A stretch of 64,000 nucleotides of DNA, taken from the NCBI GenBank assembly GCA_040768485.1, contig JAXGMU010000002.1, positions 40,285-104,284 of the forward strand, in the 5' to 3' direction. The position numbers were made by a program, and so were the translations under genes. This DNA is from Bacteroidales bacterium (GTDB lineage: Bacteria > Bacteroidota > Bacteroidia > Bacteroidales > GCA-2748055). This document shows, one piece after another, positions 8,703 to 17,803 of the stretch; the stretch's first letter is position 1; the number at the start of each line of letters is the position of its first letter. The notes beneath the pieces are model-generated. The model ran no database searches. It saw only the letters and a list, made by a program, of their open reading frames with translations, and had not been told where the DNA came from.

Positions 8703-10934
8703 ATGAACCGCTTACTCATCGTTTCAAATCGTTTGCCTGTATCGGTTGCCCAATCGAAGGAAGGAATCAGGGTCACCCCGTCGGTGGGGGGACTCGCCAC
8801 CGGTATGAAATCCATCTACAAGAACATGGAAAGCACCTGGATCGGGTGGCCGGGAATTGACAGGAGTACCCTGAGCGGGAAAGATGAAGCGCGCGTGACC
8901 GAACAGCTTGAAAAGGAACACTGTGAGGCCCTTTACATCGATAAGAAAGACATGGATGCGTACTACTACGGATTCAGCAATAAGACCATCTGGCCCCTTT
9001 TCCACTACTTCCCGCAGTATACGATCTATGACCGGGATTACTGGGAGACCTACCGGAAGGTAAACAGGATGTTTGCCGATAAGATCGGGGAAATGATCAA
9101 AAAGGGCGATCATGTCTGGATCCACGATTACCATCTGCTCCTCTTGCCCAATATGATAAAGGAAGCCCATCCGGATACCACCATCGGTTTCTTCAATCAC
9201 ATCCCGTTCCCGTCATACGAGCTGTTCCGCCTGCTTCCCTGGAGGGAAGAGATCCTTGAAGGAATGCTCGGGGCTGATCTGATCGGGTTCCACTCCTACG
9301 ATTACCAGAGGCATTTCAGCAGCTGCGTCAGGCGCCTTTTCGGATACGATTACGAGCTGAACCAGTTCAATCTCGGTCACCGGATCATCAGGGTGGACAG
9401 TTTTCCCATGGGGATTGATTACGAGAAATACAGCAGTGCGGCCGGGAAGATCAAAAAGAACGGGGACCATAAGAAGCCAAAGTTGCAGGAGGACATCGAG
9501 AGGTTTCACCAGCTGATCTCCGGGCGGAAACTGATCCTTTCCATTGACCGGATGGATTATTCCAAGGGGATACCCAACCGCCTTCATGCTTTCAGGAGGT
9601 TTCTGGAGAAATACCCGGATTACCACGGCAAAGTTTCGCTGGTGATGCTGACTGTCCCCTCCCGCAGCAAAGTGGATCAGTACAGGCTGTTGAAGCGGGA
9701 GGTGGATGAGCTGGTGGGAAAGATCAACGGTACTTACGGGGATCTGAACTGGACACCGGTATGGTATTTTTACCGGTCGATGTCGTTTGAAAATCTGATC
9801 CTGCTGTACCATTATGCAGACATCGGTCTGATCACCCCGCTCAGGGACGGGATGAACCTGGTGGCGAAAGAATATATCGCCACCAAGACAGACGGAACGG
9901 GCGTACTCATTCTCAGTGAGATGGCCGGAAGCGCCAAGGAGATGTCCGAAGCGATCCTGATCAATCCCAACAACCGGGAGGAAATGGCCGAAGCCATCCG
10001 GGCAGCCATCGAAATGCCCGTCAAAGAACAGAAGGAACGCAATCAACAGATACAGAAACGACTGAAAAGATATACGGTACAGAAGTGGGCCAGGGAATTC
10101 ATGGATGGCATGCAGGAGGTCAATACCCTCCAGCAAAAATACAGCTCGAAGAAAATGAATGCCCAGGTAACCGGCTCCATTCTGGACCGTTTCAGCCGGT
10201 CGGAGAAAAGGATCCTTTTCCTCGATTACAACGGAACGCTGGTAACCAGCAAAAAAGCCAGGGAATATGCCGAACCGGATCGTGATCTGTACGAACTGCT
10301 GGACCGCCTGGTGGACAGGTCCATTGACATCGTGCTGATGAGCAGCAGGGATCAGAACACAATGGAGAAATGGTTCGGGGACCGGGAGGTGATGCTGTTC
10401 GCGGAACACGGCATGTGGAAGAAGACGGGGGACGCAGGCTGGCAGCAGACCAGCAAGCCGCTGAGCAGCTTCTGGAAGGAGTCCATCCGTCCCGCCATGG
10501 AGACATACGTGGACCGGACTCCCGGCAGCTACCTGGAAGAGATGAACAATGTGCTCTCCTGGCACTATGAAAAAGCGGATCCCGACCATGGGATCATCAG
10601 GGCGAGGGATCTGAAAGATGAGCTCACGGCAAGGATCATGAACATGGAACTTCAGATCGTGGAAGGGAGGGACGTGATCGAGATCAAACCTTCGGGAATG
10701 AACAAGGGGATTGCTGCACTGGGTGCGATCGCAGGCAGGAACTACGATTTCATCATGGCGGTGGGAGACGACTGGACAGATGAAACCATGTTCGAACTGC
10801 TGCCGTCAGAAGCCGTGACCCTGAGGGTGGGAATGAAGAAAACCCAGGCAAAATATAACTGCGAATCATACAGGGATGTCAGAAAACTGCTTTACCGGAT
10901 GAGCCAAGATCCGCTTACAAGGAATGACAAATAA
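8703..10934 (+). CDS. otsA: bifunctional trehalose-6-phosphate synthase (GT20) / trehalose-6-phosphate phosphatase fusion
   Basis: N-terminus MNRLLIVSNRLPV and HDYHLLLLP, DRMDYSKGI and LRDGMNLVAKEY motifs of OtsA/TPS. C-terminal HAD-type phosphatase (ILFLDYNGTL ... GDDWTDE). Confidence 0.9.
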   Translation: MNRLLIVSNRLPVSVAQSKEGIRVTPSVGGLATGMKSIYKNMESTWIGWPGIDRSTLSGKDEARVTEQLEKEHCEALYIDKKDMDAYYYGFSNKTIWPLFHYFPQYTIYDRDYWETYRKVNRMFADKIGEMIKKGDHVWIHDYHLLLLPNMIKEAHPDTTIGFFNHIPFPSYELFRLLPWREEILEGMLGADLIGFHSYDYQRHFSSCVRRLFGYDYELNQFNLGHRIIRVDSFPMGIDYEKYSSAAGKIKKNGDHKKPKLQEDIERFHQLISGRKLILSIDRMDYSKGIPNRLHAFRRFLEKYPDYHGKVSLVMLTVPSRSKVDQYRLLKREVDELVGKINGTYGDLNWTPVWYFYRSMSFENLILLYHYADIGLITPLRDGMNLVAKEYIATKTDGTGVLILSEMAGSAKEMSEAILINPNNREEMAEAIRAAIEMPVKEQKERNQQIQKRLKRYTVQKWAREFMDGMQEVNTLQQKYSSKKMNAQVTGSILDRFSRSEKRILFLDYNGTLVTSKKAREYAEPDRDLYELLDRLVDRSIDIVLMSSRDQNTMEKWFGDREVMLFAEHGMWKKTGDAGWQQTSKPLSSFWKESIRPAMETYVDRTPGSYLEEMNNVLSWHYEKADPDHGIIRARDLKDELTARIMNMELQIVEGRDVIEIKPSGMNKGIAALGAIAGRNYDFIMAVGDDWTDETMFELLPSEAVTLRVGMKKTQAKYNCESYRDVRKLLYRMSQDPLTRNDK

Positions 10935-10945
10935 ACTGAAGCGTT

Positions 10946-11317
10946 ATGGAAAAAAAGATGATTAACAAGAAAGTTGTTGTACAGGCAATTATTGACAAAA
11001 TCGAAAATGAACACGAGGATTTTGAAATCAAAACGGGCATCGTTGAAGGATACGGTAAGCCGGAAAAGATCATCAGGAAAGGCAATCAGGACAAAGGCTA
11101 TGTGCCCGATGTGGTCCTGGAAAGCGACCGGATCACAGAACTGTACGAAGTGGAACTGGATGATGACTTCGAGCTGGAAAAGTGGAAGTTGTTTTCACTG
11201 TACACATCAAAACTGAAGGGTAACTTCAATATCGTAACCCCTGAAGAATTCCTTCCGCAGGTGAGAAGTGTGCTGAACAGTGAAAACATCAATGCCCGGA
11301 TCATTTATTTCGCATGA
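10946..11317 (+). CDS. hypothetical protein (orphan; visibly more A/T-rich than neighbours)
   Basis: 123-aa ORF, 11 nt after otsA on the same strand, followed by a strong hairpin terminator. No recognised motif. Confidence 0.5.
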   Translation: MEKKMINKKVVVQAIIDKIENEHEDFEIKTGIVEGYGKPEKIIRKGNQDKGYVPDVVLESDRITELYEVELDDDFELEKWKLFSLYTSKLKGNFNIVTPEEFLPQVRSVLNSENINARIIYFA

Positions 11318-11330
11318 TCCGGTTCTGAAA

Positions 11331-11374
11331 GCCCGCCTGATCCGTTTTCCTGGTGATGATGGTTTCAGGCGGGC
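11331..11374. terminator. bidirectional hairpin between convergent genes
   Basis: Perfect 10-bp stem GCCCGCCTGA / TCAGGCGGGC (11331-11340, 11365-11374) with a 24-nt loop, lying between the stops at 11317 (+) and 11384 (-). Confidence 0.55.
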
Positions 11375-11383
11375 ATGTCATGA

Positions 11384-11737
11384 TTATCGGTCGTCGTAGT
11401 CGTCGTCGTCGTAATCCCCGTCGTCGTACTCCTCCTCTCCGAACTCCTCGTCCTCGAAGTCCCCATCGTCGAACTCTTCGTCGTCGAATTCTGCATCATC
11501 CCCCCAATCCCCGTCATCTTCCGGGTCATCATCCTCCCCGTCCCCTTCGGTATATTTGATGGCCTCCACGGGACAGGCTTCGACAGCTTCGATGATCTCA
11601 TCCTCAAATGCATTGAAGTCGGCACCTGCGATGACCTCTGCCTTGTCATCGGGAAGTTCAAAAACTTCGGGACATGTATCCACACAGAGATTACATGCGG
11701 TGCAGTCATCTGTAATCCATACTTTTACGATAGCCAT
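11384..11737 (-). CDS. single-cluster 4Fe-4S ferredoxin with a poly-acidic C-terminal tail of about 55 aa
   Basis: CTACNLCVDTCP (CxxCxxCxxxCP) plus distal ACPVEAI. The tail GDGEDDDPEDDGDWGDDAEFDDEEFDDGDFEDEEFGEEEYDDGDYDDDDYDD is almost entirely D/E/G/F/Y. Confidence 0.8.
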   Translation of the reverse strand: MAIVKVWITDDCTACNLCVDTCPEVFELPDDKAEVIAGADFNAFEDEIIEAVEACPVEAIKYTEGDGEDDDPEDDGDWGDDAEFDDEEFDDGDFEDEEFGEEEYDDGDYDDDDYDDR

Positions 11738-11814
11738 GATTTAATTTTTAGATCATGCAATATAGAAATGAAATTCAAATTTGGCGGAATTCATCGAATT
11801 TTTTTTTACCCGGT

Positions 11815-13251
11815 TCAGCGATATTTTTCCATTTTTTCATTCCGCAGTCTTTCCCGCAATTCAAGCAGCCTCCCGCTGATCCCGACTTTATAAATGTGTG
11901 GATTCATGAACCGTTTGTGTTCCACCGGCAGATCTCCCAGACCGGTCTTCACCCGGCGGGCAATGTGTGCCACCTCGCTTCTTCCAAGCAGGAGTTTCCC
12001 CTGGTCCATTACTTTATTACTCAATTTTTCCTTCCTGTATCCCGAGATATCAAGTTTTTTCCCCGCTTCGAAGGGGTGGCAGATGAAGTCGAACTCCGGT
12101 TCATCCTCCAGGGCAATACCGTCTGCCACGAAATTTCCACTTTCATCCCTGAACCGGTAAATTGATTTTCTCCCCGGCAGGTTGGATTTCTTCACATGGT
12201 CGGATACCTTCAACGTTGGCGTCCCGTCCACCATGCTGATCTTATAGACCCCATCCAGCGCTCCCGCCCCCTTCCCGGTGGCAAGTGCGGTTCCCACCCC
12301 GAAAACATCCACCGGGGCGCCCTGCTCATTCAGACTTTTGATCACGTATTCGTCAAGCTGATTGGAGACAATGATCTGCACATCATTCAGTCCCGCCTCA
12401 TCCAGCATCCGCCTGGATTCCTTGCTCAGGTAAGACAGATCGCCGCTGTCCAGACGGATCCCCGTCAGCCGGTTTCCCCGTTCTTTCATCTCCAGTCCCA
12501 CCCTGATCGCATTGGGGATCCCGCTTCTCAGCGTGTTGTAAGTGTCCACCAACAGGATGCAGCGGTCCGGAAACATATCGGCATAGCTCCTGAAAGCCGT
12601 CAGTTCATCGTCGAAGGACTGGATCCAGGAGTGGGCCATGGTTCCCGATGATTCAAGCCCGTAATAACAGGCGCTATACACGTTGGACGTCTGGTCGAAT
12701 CCCCCGATTACTGCTGCCCTGCTTGCCTGGATCCCACCGAGACCCTGAGCGCGCCTGAGTCCGAAATCCACCAAAAGCCTCTCCCCCGCAGCCAGTCTCA
12801 TCCGTGCCGCCTTGGTGGCAATGAGCGAATTAAAGTTGAGGACGTTCAACAGCAGGGTCTCCACCAGCTGGGTTTCGATGATATTTCCTTCCACCCTGAC
12901 ACATGGCTCCTCAGGGAAGACGACCTCCCCCTCCTCCACCGAATGCACATCCCCGCTGAACCGGAAAGATTCCAGGTATGAAACGAAATCCCGGTCGAAT
13001 CCCAGACCGGCCAGGTAGTTGCAGGCAGCTTCTCCAAAACGGAATTCCTGCAGGGTTGCCAACAGCTCTTCCAGTCCGGCGAAAATCACAAAGCCTCCCT
13101 CAAAGGGAATTTTCCTGAAGTAATAATCGAAGACCGCCGGGGTGTCCTTCCTCCCGCCCAGGAAGTAACCCTGGGCCATCGTGAGCTCATAATGATCGAT
13201 ATAGAGGCCCGCGTTCCGTCCCAGGATCCGGGGCAGCGGCAGTTCATTCAT
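11815..13251 (-). CDS. pncB: nicotinate phosphoribosyltransferase
   Basis: 478 aa. YELTMAQGYF, SGTMAHSWIQSF, IRLDSGDL and GVGT motifs typical of NAPRTase. Confidence 0.9.
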   Translation of the reverse strand: MNELPLPRILGRNAGLYIDHYELTMAQGYFLGGRKDTPAVFDYYFRKIPFEGGFVIFAGLEELLATLQEFRFGEAACNYLAGLGFDRDFVSYLESFRFSGDVHSVEEGEVVFPEEPCVRVEGNIIETQLVETLLLNVLNFNSLIATKAARMRLAAGERLLVDFGLRRAQGLGGIQASRAAVIGGFDQTSNVYSACYYGLESSGTMAHSWIQSFDDELTAFRSYADMFPDRCILLVDTYNTLRSGIPNAIRVGLEMKERGNRLTGIRLDSGDLSYLSKESRRMLDEAGLNDVQIIVSNQLDEYVIKSLNEQGAPVDVFGVGTALATGKGAGALDGVYKISMVDGTPTLKVSDHVKKSNLPGRKSIYRFRDESGNFVADGIALEDEPEFDFICHPFEAGKKLDISGYRKEKLSNKVMDQGKLLLGRSEVAHIARRVKTGLGDLPVEHKRFMNPHIYKVGISGRLLELRERLRNEKMEKYR

Positions 13252-14638
13252 TGTGGATCAGCTTTTTGATGCGTTCGATCTGTTTCTGCTTGTTCACTTC
13301 ACGGAGACTTCTTGCCGTCCTGGTGAAATAAGAGTGTCCGGAGATGAATTTCAGCTGCAGTTTGTTCCAGTCGTTCAATGATCCGATCTTATCCTGTTCC
13401 TTCAGTTCCCTGTAGAGGGTGTTGGACACCGGGATCATGTCGCTTCTTCCCAGGTAATCCAGGTCAGCGTCACAGATGATTTTCTGGTAGATATCCTCCG
13501 GTCGGGGCGGAAGTTTTGTGGCCATAATGATGGAGCAGATCTTTTCGATCTGTTCCCCGGTGTATCCGTATTCGGGAAGAAATTTCCTGGCCAGTACCGC
13601 TCCGTGATATTCATGTTCGTCATAATCCACGGTGTGCCCCGCATCGTGGAACAGCGCGGCAGTCTTCAGCAGAAGGATCCCCTCATCATCCAGCCCTTCG
13701 GCCCATCCGATCAGCTCCACTTCGGTCACCACGTCCACGGTATGCTTCACATTATGGTAGTACAGATACCCCGGAAGCTCTTTTTCCAGTTTATCCAGGA
13801 TCACCTCCTGGATATCGGTGAACTGGATCAGTTTGAACCGGGTGTCAAATAATTTGTTGGGAACGATCCCCTGACCTCCCCGGGAGAACTCGGGCCTGAT
13901 CCCGTTCACAACGAACATTTCCAGATCCCCCTTGTACTTCACGGGCATCTTCCCGTAATATTCACAGAGAAAGAACTCCTTGATCAATTCATAGGTCATG
14001 ACCGATATCAGGATCTTTCCCCTTTCCCCGATCCCCTGCATCCTGTGGGCTATGTTCACCGTATCACCCTTGATGTCATAGGTTATCTTCTTTTTGCCCG
14101 ACACATTCGCTGTCACCGGCCCCGTGTGGATGCCCGTGTTCATGTGCCAGTATCTTTTTCCCTTTTTGCCCTGCAGCCTGTCCAGGTAGCCGTTCATCTC
14201 AAGGGCTGCCATCACCACATCAATGGGGTTGGTGATATTCTTTACGGGAATCCCTCCCGCCGCCATGTAAGTATCACCGATCGTTTTGATCTTGTGGATC
14301 TTGTACTTCTTAAGGATCCTGTCAAACTCGATGAGCACCTCATCGAGCTGGTCCATGATGGCGTCGGATTCGTCCTCATCGGTCAGTTGCTTGAACCCCC
14401 CGATATAGGCAAACAGAACGGTGGCCATCCTGTACTTCTTCACCCGCTCCTCCGGCTCACCGGGGAGGGCTTCCTTCCTCTCCACCTTTGTCTCGCTGAG
14501 GTGCAGTTTCAGCTGTTCGTTCTGCTCCGTGAGGTGAATCACTGCCCTGTGCAACTCCTCATTCTTCTCAATCAGATCCTGGTTCTGCCTCACCAGTTTC
14601 TGGATCCTCTTCAGCAGCTCATCGTGGTTCTGTCCCAT
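13244..14638 (-). CDS. coiled-coil / class III nucleotidyl cyclase domain / HD-domain phosphohydrolase fusion
   Basis: KTIGDTYMAAGG, GIHTGPV and GDTVNIAHRM are cyclase motifs. HNVKHT...FHDAGH...DADLDYLG is an HD domain. 8-nt overlap with the pncB start. Confidence 0.85.
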   Translation of the reverse strand: MGQNHDELLKRIQKLVRQNQDLIEKNEELHRAVIHLTEQNEQLKLHLSETKVERKEALPGEPEERVKKYRMATVLFAYIGGFKQLTDEDESDAIMDQLDEVLIEFDRILKKYKIHKIKTIGDTYMAAGGIPVKNITNPIDVVMAALEMNGYLDRLQGKKGKRYWHMNTGIHTGPVTANVSGKKKITYDIKGDTVNIAHRMQGIGERGKILISVMTYELIKEFFLCEYYGKMPVKYKGDLEMFVVNGIRPEFSRGGQGIVPNKLFDTRFKLIQFTDIQEVILDKLEKELPGYLYYHNVKHTVDVVTEVELIGWAEGLDDEGILLLKTAALFHDAGHTVDYDEHEYHGAVLARKFLPEYGYTGEQIEKICSIIMATKLPPRPEDIYQKIICDADLDYLGRSDMIPVSNTLYRELKEQDKIGSLNDWNKLQLKFISGHSYFTRTARSLREVNKQKQIERIKKLIHNE

Positions 14639-14718
14639 TCTTCAAATATCATCCTTTATTTGCCGATGCAAACTAAAAATATATTCTTTTTCGGAGAACT
14701 TCAATTTTTTTAGTTGGT

Positions 14719-14726
14719 TATCTTTG
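14719..14726 (+). promoter_or_regulatory. candidate -7 promoter box (TATCTTTG)
   Basis: TAnnTTTG match just upstream of the EEP gene. It favours the downstream ATG at 14749 as the real start. Confidence 0.3.
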
Positions 14727-14733
14727 TCCCAGA

Positions 14734-15777
14734 ATGAACCCACCCGCGATGAAATATTTATTTTTACCTGCGCTCTTTCTCGCCTTTTCCGCATCAAACA
14801 TCTTTGCTCAGGAGAACGGCAACCGGTTCACGGTTGTATTTCACAATGTTGAAAACCTGTTTGATACCGAGGATGCACAGCTGTTTGATGACGAAGCATT
14901 TACCCCGGACGGGGCCCTGCGATGGACCCAGGAACGGTACGAAAAAAAAATTACCGACCTGGCCAGGGTGATCCTCTCCGTTCCGGAAAAAGAACTGCCC
15001 GCCATCATCGGTCTTGCCGAGGTGGAAAACAGGAAAGTCCTTCAGGATCTTGTCGCAGCCAGGGGGATCAGAAGGGCGGGATATGAGATCGTCCACGAGG
15101 AGGGGGAAGACCCCCGGGGGATCGAATGTGCCCTGCTTTACCGGGCGGACCTTTTCAGGTACATTTCCCATGAGCTCATCCCCATTGAAGATCCGGTGGA
15201 CCCGCAATACAGGTACCGGGGCATCCTCCATGTGCACGGGAAGGCACCCGACGGCTCCAGTCTCCATCTTTTCGTCAATCACTGGAAATCGAGAAGCGAG
15301 GGCGTGGCCGAGACCGAACGGCAGCGAATGTTCTCGGCCATTACGCTCAGGCGGGCGCTGGATTTGCTCCTTGCCGGGGAATCGGACTTCAAAGTGATCA
15401 TCATGGGGGATTTCAATGATGAACCAACCAACCGGAGCATCACCAACGGACTTGCCGCCTCGAATAAAAGAAAGAACATCTACATGGGGGACCATTACAA
15501 CCTTTACCACGACCTTCATAACATTCAAAATGAGGGGTCCTATGTTTACCAGGGCAGGTGGAACATGCTGGACCAGGTCATCGTATCCTACAACCTGCTG
15601 AACGCGGAACGGGGACTGACCACCGGATTCGACGGGGGGAAGATCCTGAAGGAGGAATGGATGATGACCGGTGATGGCAAAAACGGTACGACGATCCCTG
15701 CGGCTACTTACCGGGGAAAGGAATACCTGGGAGGCCCAAGTGACCACCTGCCTCTTTATGTGGTATTTACATGGTAA
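14734..15777 (+). CDS. secreted endonuclease/exonuclease/phosphatase (EEP) family protein
   Basis: Signal peptide (MKYLFLPALFLAFSASNIFAQ; alternative start 14749). NVENLFD, HWKSR, GDFND and SDHLP motifs of the EEP fold. Confidence 0.8.
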   Translation: MNPPAMKYLFLPALFLAFSASNIFAQENGNRFTVVFHNVENLFDTEDAQLFDDEAFTPDGALRWTQERYEKKITDLARVILSVPEKELPAIIGLAEVENRKVLQDLVAARGIRRAGYEIVHEEGEDPRGIECALLYRADLFRYISHELIPIEDPVDPQYRYRGILHVHGKAPDGSSLHLFVNHWKSRSEGVAETERQRMFSAITLRRALDLLLAGESDFKVIIMGDFNDEPTNRSITNGLAASNKRKNIYMGDHYNLYHDLHNIQNEGSYVYQGRWNMLDQVIVSYNLLNAERGLTTGFDGGKILKEEWMMTGDGKNGTTIPAATYRGKEYLGGPSDHLPLYVVFTW

Positions 15778-15778
15778 C

Positions 15779-17791
15779 ATGGAATTCAGGCTCATATCGG
15801 ATTACCACCCCACGGGTGACCAGCCCGAGGCCATCCAGCAGCTCGTTGAGGGATTCAGGGCGGGGGACCGGTTCCAGACGCTCCTGGGGGTCACCGGATC
15901 GGGAAAAACCTTTACGGTTGCCAATGTGATCCGGGAGATCAACCGACCGGTGCTCGTGCTCAGCCACAACAAAACCCTGGCAGCACAGCTGTACAGCGAG
16001 TTCAAGCAATTCTTTCCGGAAAATGCGGTGGAGTACTTTGTGAGCTATTACGATTATTACCAGCCCGAGGCCTACATCCCCGTCACGGACACCTATATCG
16101 AAAAGGACCTTTCCATCAATGATGAGATCGAGAAGCTGAGGCTGAGTACCACCTCCTCCCTCCTCTCGGGAAGGAGGGATGTGATCGTGGTATCGTCCGT
16201 TTCCTGTCTTTACGGGATCGGGAATCCGGATGATTTCCACAATTCCACGGTCCGGATCAAAAAGGGGGATACCCTCAGCAGAAATGTGTTCCTGCGGAAG
16301 CTGGTGGACAGCCTGTATTCCAGGAACGAGATAGATTTCAAACCGGGTACCTTCCGGGTGCGGGGAGATACAATCGATATCCACCTGGCATACGCCGACC
16401 TGGGTTACCGGGTGGAGTTCTGGGGGGACGAGATCGAAATCCTGCGGACGATCCATCCCGTATCGGGACACACCATCGAGGAGATGGATGAGATGGTGAT
16501 CTTCCCGGCGAACATATTCATCACCTCCAAAAAAAGGATCAAACAGGCCATCGAAGAGATCCAGGATGACCTGGTCAGACAGATCGATTTCTTCCGGTCG
16601 CAGCAGAAGCTGATCGAGGCGCAGCGGATCGAGGAACGAGTCAACTACGATCTGGAGATGATCCGGGAACTGGGATATTGCCCGGGTATCGAAAATTATT
16701 CCAGGTACTTCGACGGCCGGGCGGCGGGGACCAGGCCTTTCTGCCTGCTGGATTATTTTCCAGATGACTTCGTCACGGTGATCGATGAGAGCCATGTGAC
16801 CCTTCCCCAGGTGCATGCCATGTACGGAGGGGATTACTCCCGGAAGAAAAACCTGGTGGAATACGGATTCCGGCTGCCCGCCGCGGTGGACAACCGTCCG
16901 CTCAGGTTCAGCGAGTTCGAGGAGATGATCGGACAGACGTTGTTCGTGAGTGCCACCCCGTCCGATTACGAGCTTGAAAAGTGCGGCGGAGTGATCGTGG
17001 AACAGGTGATCCGGCCTACCGGCCTGGTGGACCCTGAGATAGAGATCAGGCCGAGCCTGAACCAGATCGATCACCTGATCGGGGAGATCAACGAGCGGGT
17101 TAAAAGGGGCGAAAGGATCCTGGTGACCACCCTGACCAAACGAATGGCCGAGGAGCTTTCCGCCTACCTGCTCAGGCTGAACATCCGGACCCGCTACATC
17201 CATTCGGACATTGATACGCTGGAACGGGTGGAGATCCTGGACGGATTGAGAAAAGGGGCATTCGATGTGCTGGTGGGTATCAATCTGCTCCGGGAGGGAC
17301 TGGACCTGCCGGAGGTATCGCTGGTGGCGATCCTGGATGCGGACAAGGAGGGATTCCTCCGATCGGAAAGATCGCTGACGCAGACCGCCGGCCGTGCGGC
17401 CAGGAACCTGAACGGAAAGGTGATCATGTATGCGGACCAGGTGACAGGATCCATGAAAAGGACCATCGAGGAAACGAACCGCAGACGGGAAAAACAGCTG
17501 CAGTACAATGTGGAAAATGAAATCACCCCCAGGCAGATCATCAGGTCAACGGTCTCCCTTTTCGACCAGAACAGGGAGGAGCTGAGCAGGCGGGGGATCT
17601 ATGCGGACCAGGCAAAGGCGGATATTGCCGCGGATCCGGTGGTAAAATACATGGGGAAGGATGAACTGGAAAAAGCCATCGAACGGGCTAAGAAACAGAT
17701 GGAAAAAGCAGCCGGCGAGCTGGATTTCATCGAAGCAGCCCGGTTCAGGGATGAAATGTATGCCTACCAAAAATTAGTCGAAAGTCGTTAG
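15779..17791 (+). CDS. uvrB: excinuclease ABC subunit B
   Basis: MEFRLISDYHPTGDQPEAIQQL, GVTGSGKT, DESH and a C-terminal UVR domain (DFIEAARFRDEM). The start was moved to the ATG at 15779, 1 nt after the preceding stop. The tracked ORF start at 15671 overlaps the EEP gene. Confidence 0.95.
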   Translation: MEFRLISDYHPTGDQPEAIQQLVEGFRAGDRFQTLLGVTGSGKTFTVANVIREINRPVLVLSHNKTLAAQLYSEFKQFFPENAVEYFVSYYDYYQPEAYIPVTDTYIEKDLSINDEIEKLRLSTTSSLLSGRRDVIVVSSVSCLYGIGNPDDFHNSTVRIKKGDTLSRNVFLRKLVDSLYSRNEIDFKPGTFRVRGDTIDIHLAYADLGYRVEFWGDEIEILRTIHPVSGHTIEEMDEMVIFPANIFITSKKRIKQAIEEIQDDLVRQIDFFRSQQKLIEAQRIEERVNYDLEMIRELGYCPGIENYSRYFDGRAAGTRPFCLLDYFPDDFVTVIDESHVTLPQVHAMYGGDYSRKKNLVEYGFRLPAAVDNRPLRFSEFEEMIGQTLFVSATPSDYELEKCGGVIVEQVIRPTGLVDPEIEIRPSLNQIDHLIGEINERVKRGERILVTTLTKRMAEELSAYLLRLNIRTRYIHSDIDTLERVEILDGLRKGAFDVLVGINLLREGLDLPEVSLVAILDADKEGFLRSERSLTQTAGRAARNLNGKVIMYADQVTGSMKRTIEETNRRREKQLQYNVENEITPRQIIRSTVSLFDQNREELSRRGIYADQAKADIAADPVVKYMGKDELEKAIERAKKQMEKAAGELDFIEAARFRDEMYAYQKLVESR

Positions 17792-17803
17792 TCGAAAGTC
17801 GTT
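17776..17803. repeat. perfect tandem duplication of a 14-mer (AGTCGAAAGTCGTT x2)
   Basis: Read directly. The uvrB stop (17789-17791) straddles the junction between the two copies, and the rpoD stop (17802-17804) overlaps the end of the second copy. Confidence 0.8.

Noticed and set aside
8477-8860. 127-aa ORF spanning the otsA upstream region and the otsA start.
   Set aside because: It is out of frame with otsA, overlaps it by about 160 nt, and has a Pro/Gly/Arg-rich translation. The region is better explained as regulatory DNA.
11353-11559. Arg/Pro-rich 68-aa ORF (…RRSRRRRNPRRRTPPLRTPRPRSPHRR…).
   Set aside because: It is a mirror-frame artefact of the GTC/GTA-rich tract that encodes the poly-acidic ferredoxin tail on the opposite strand.
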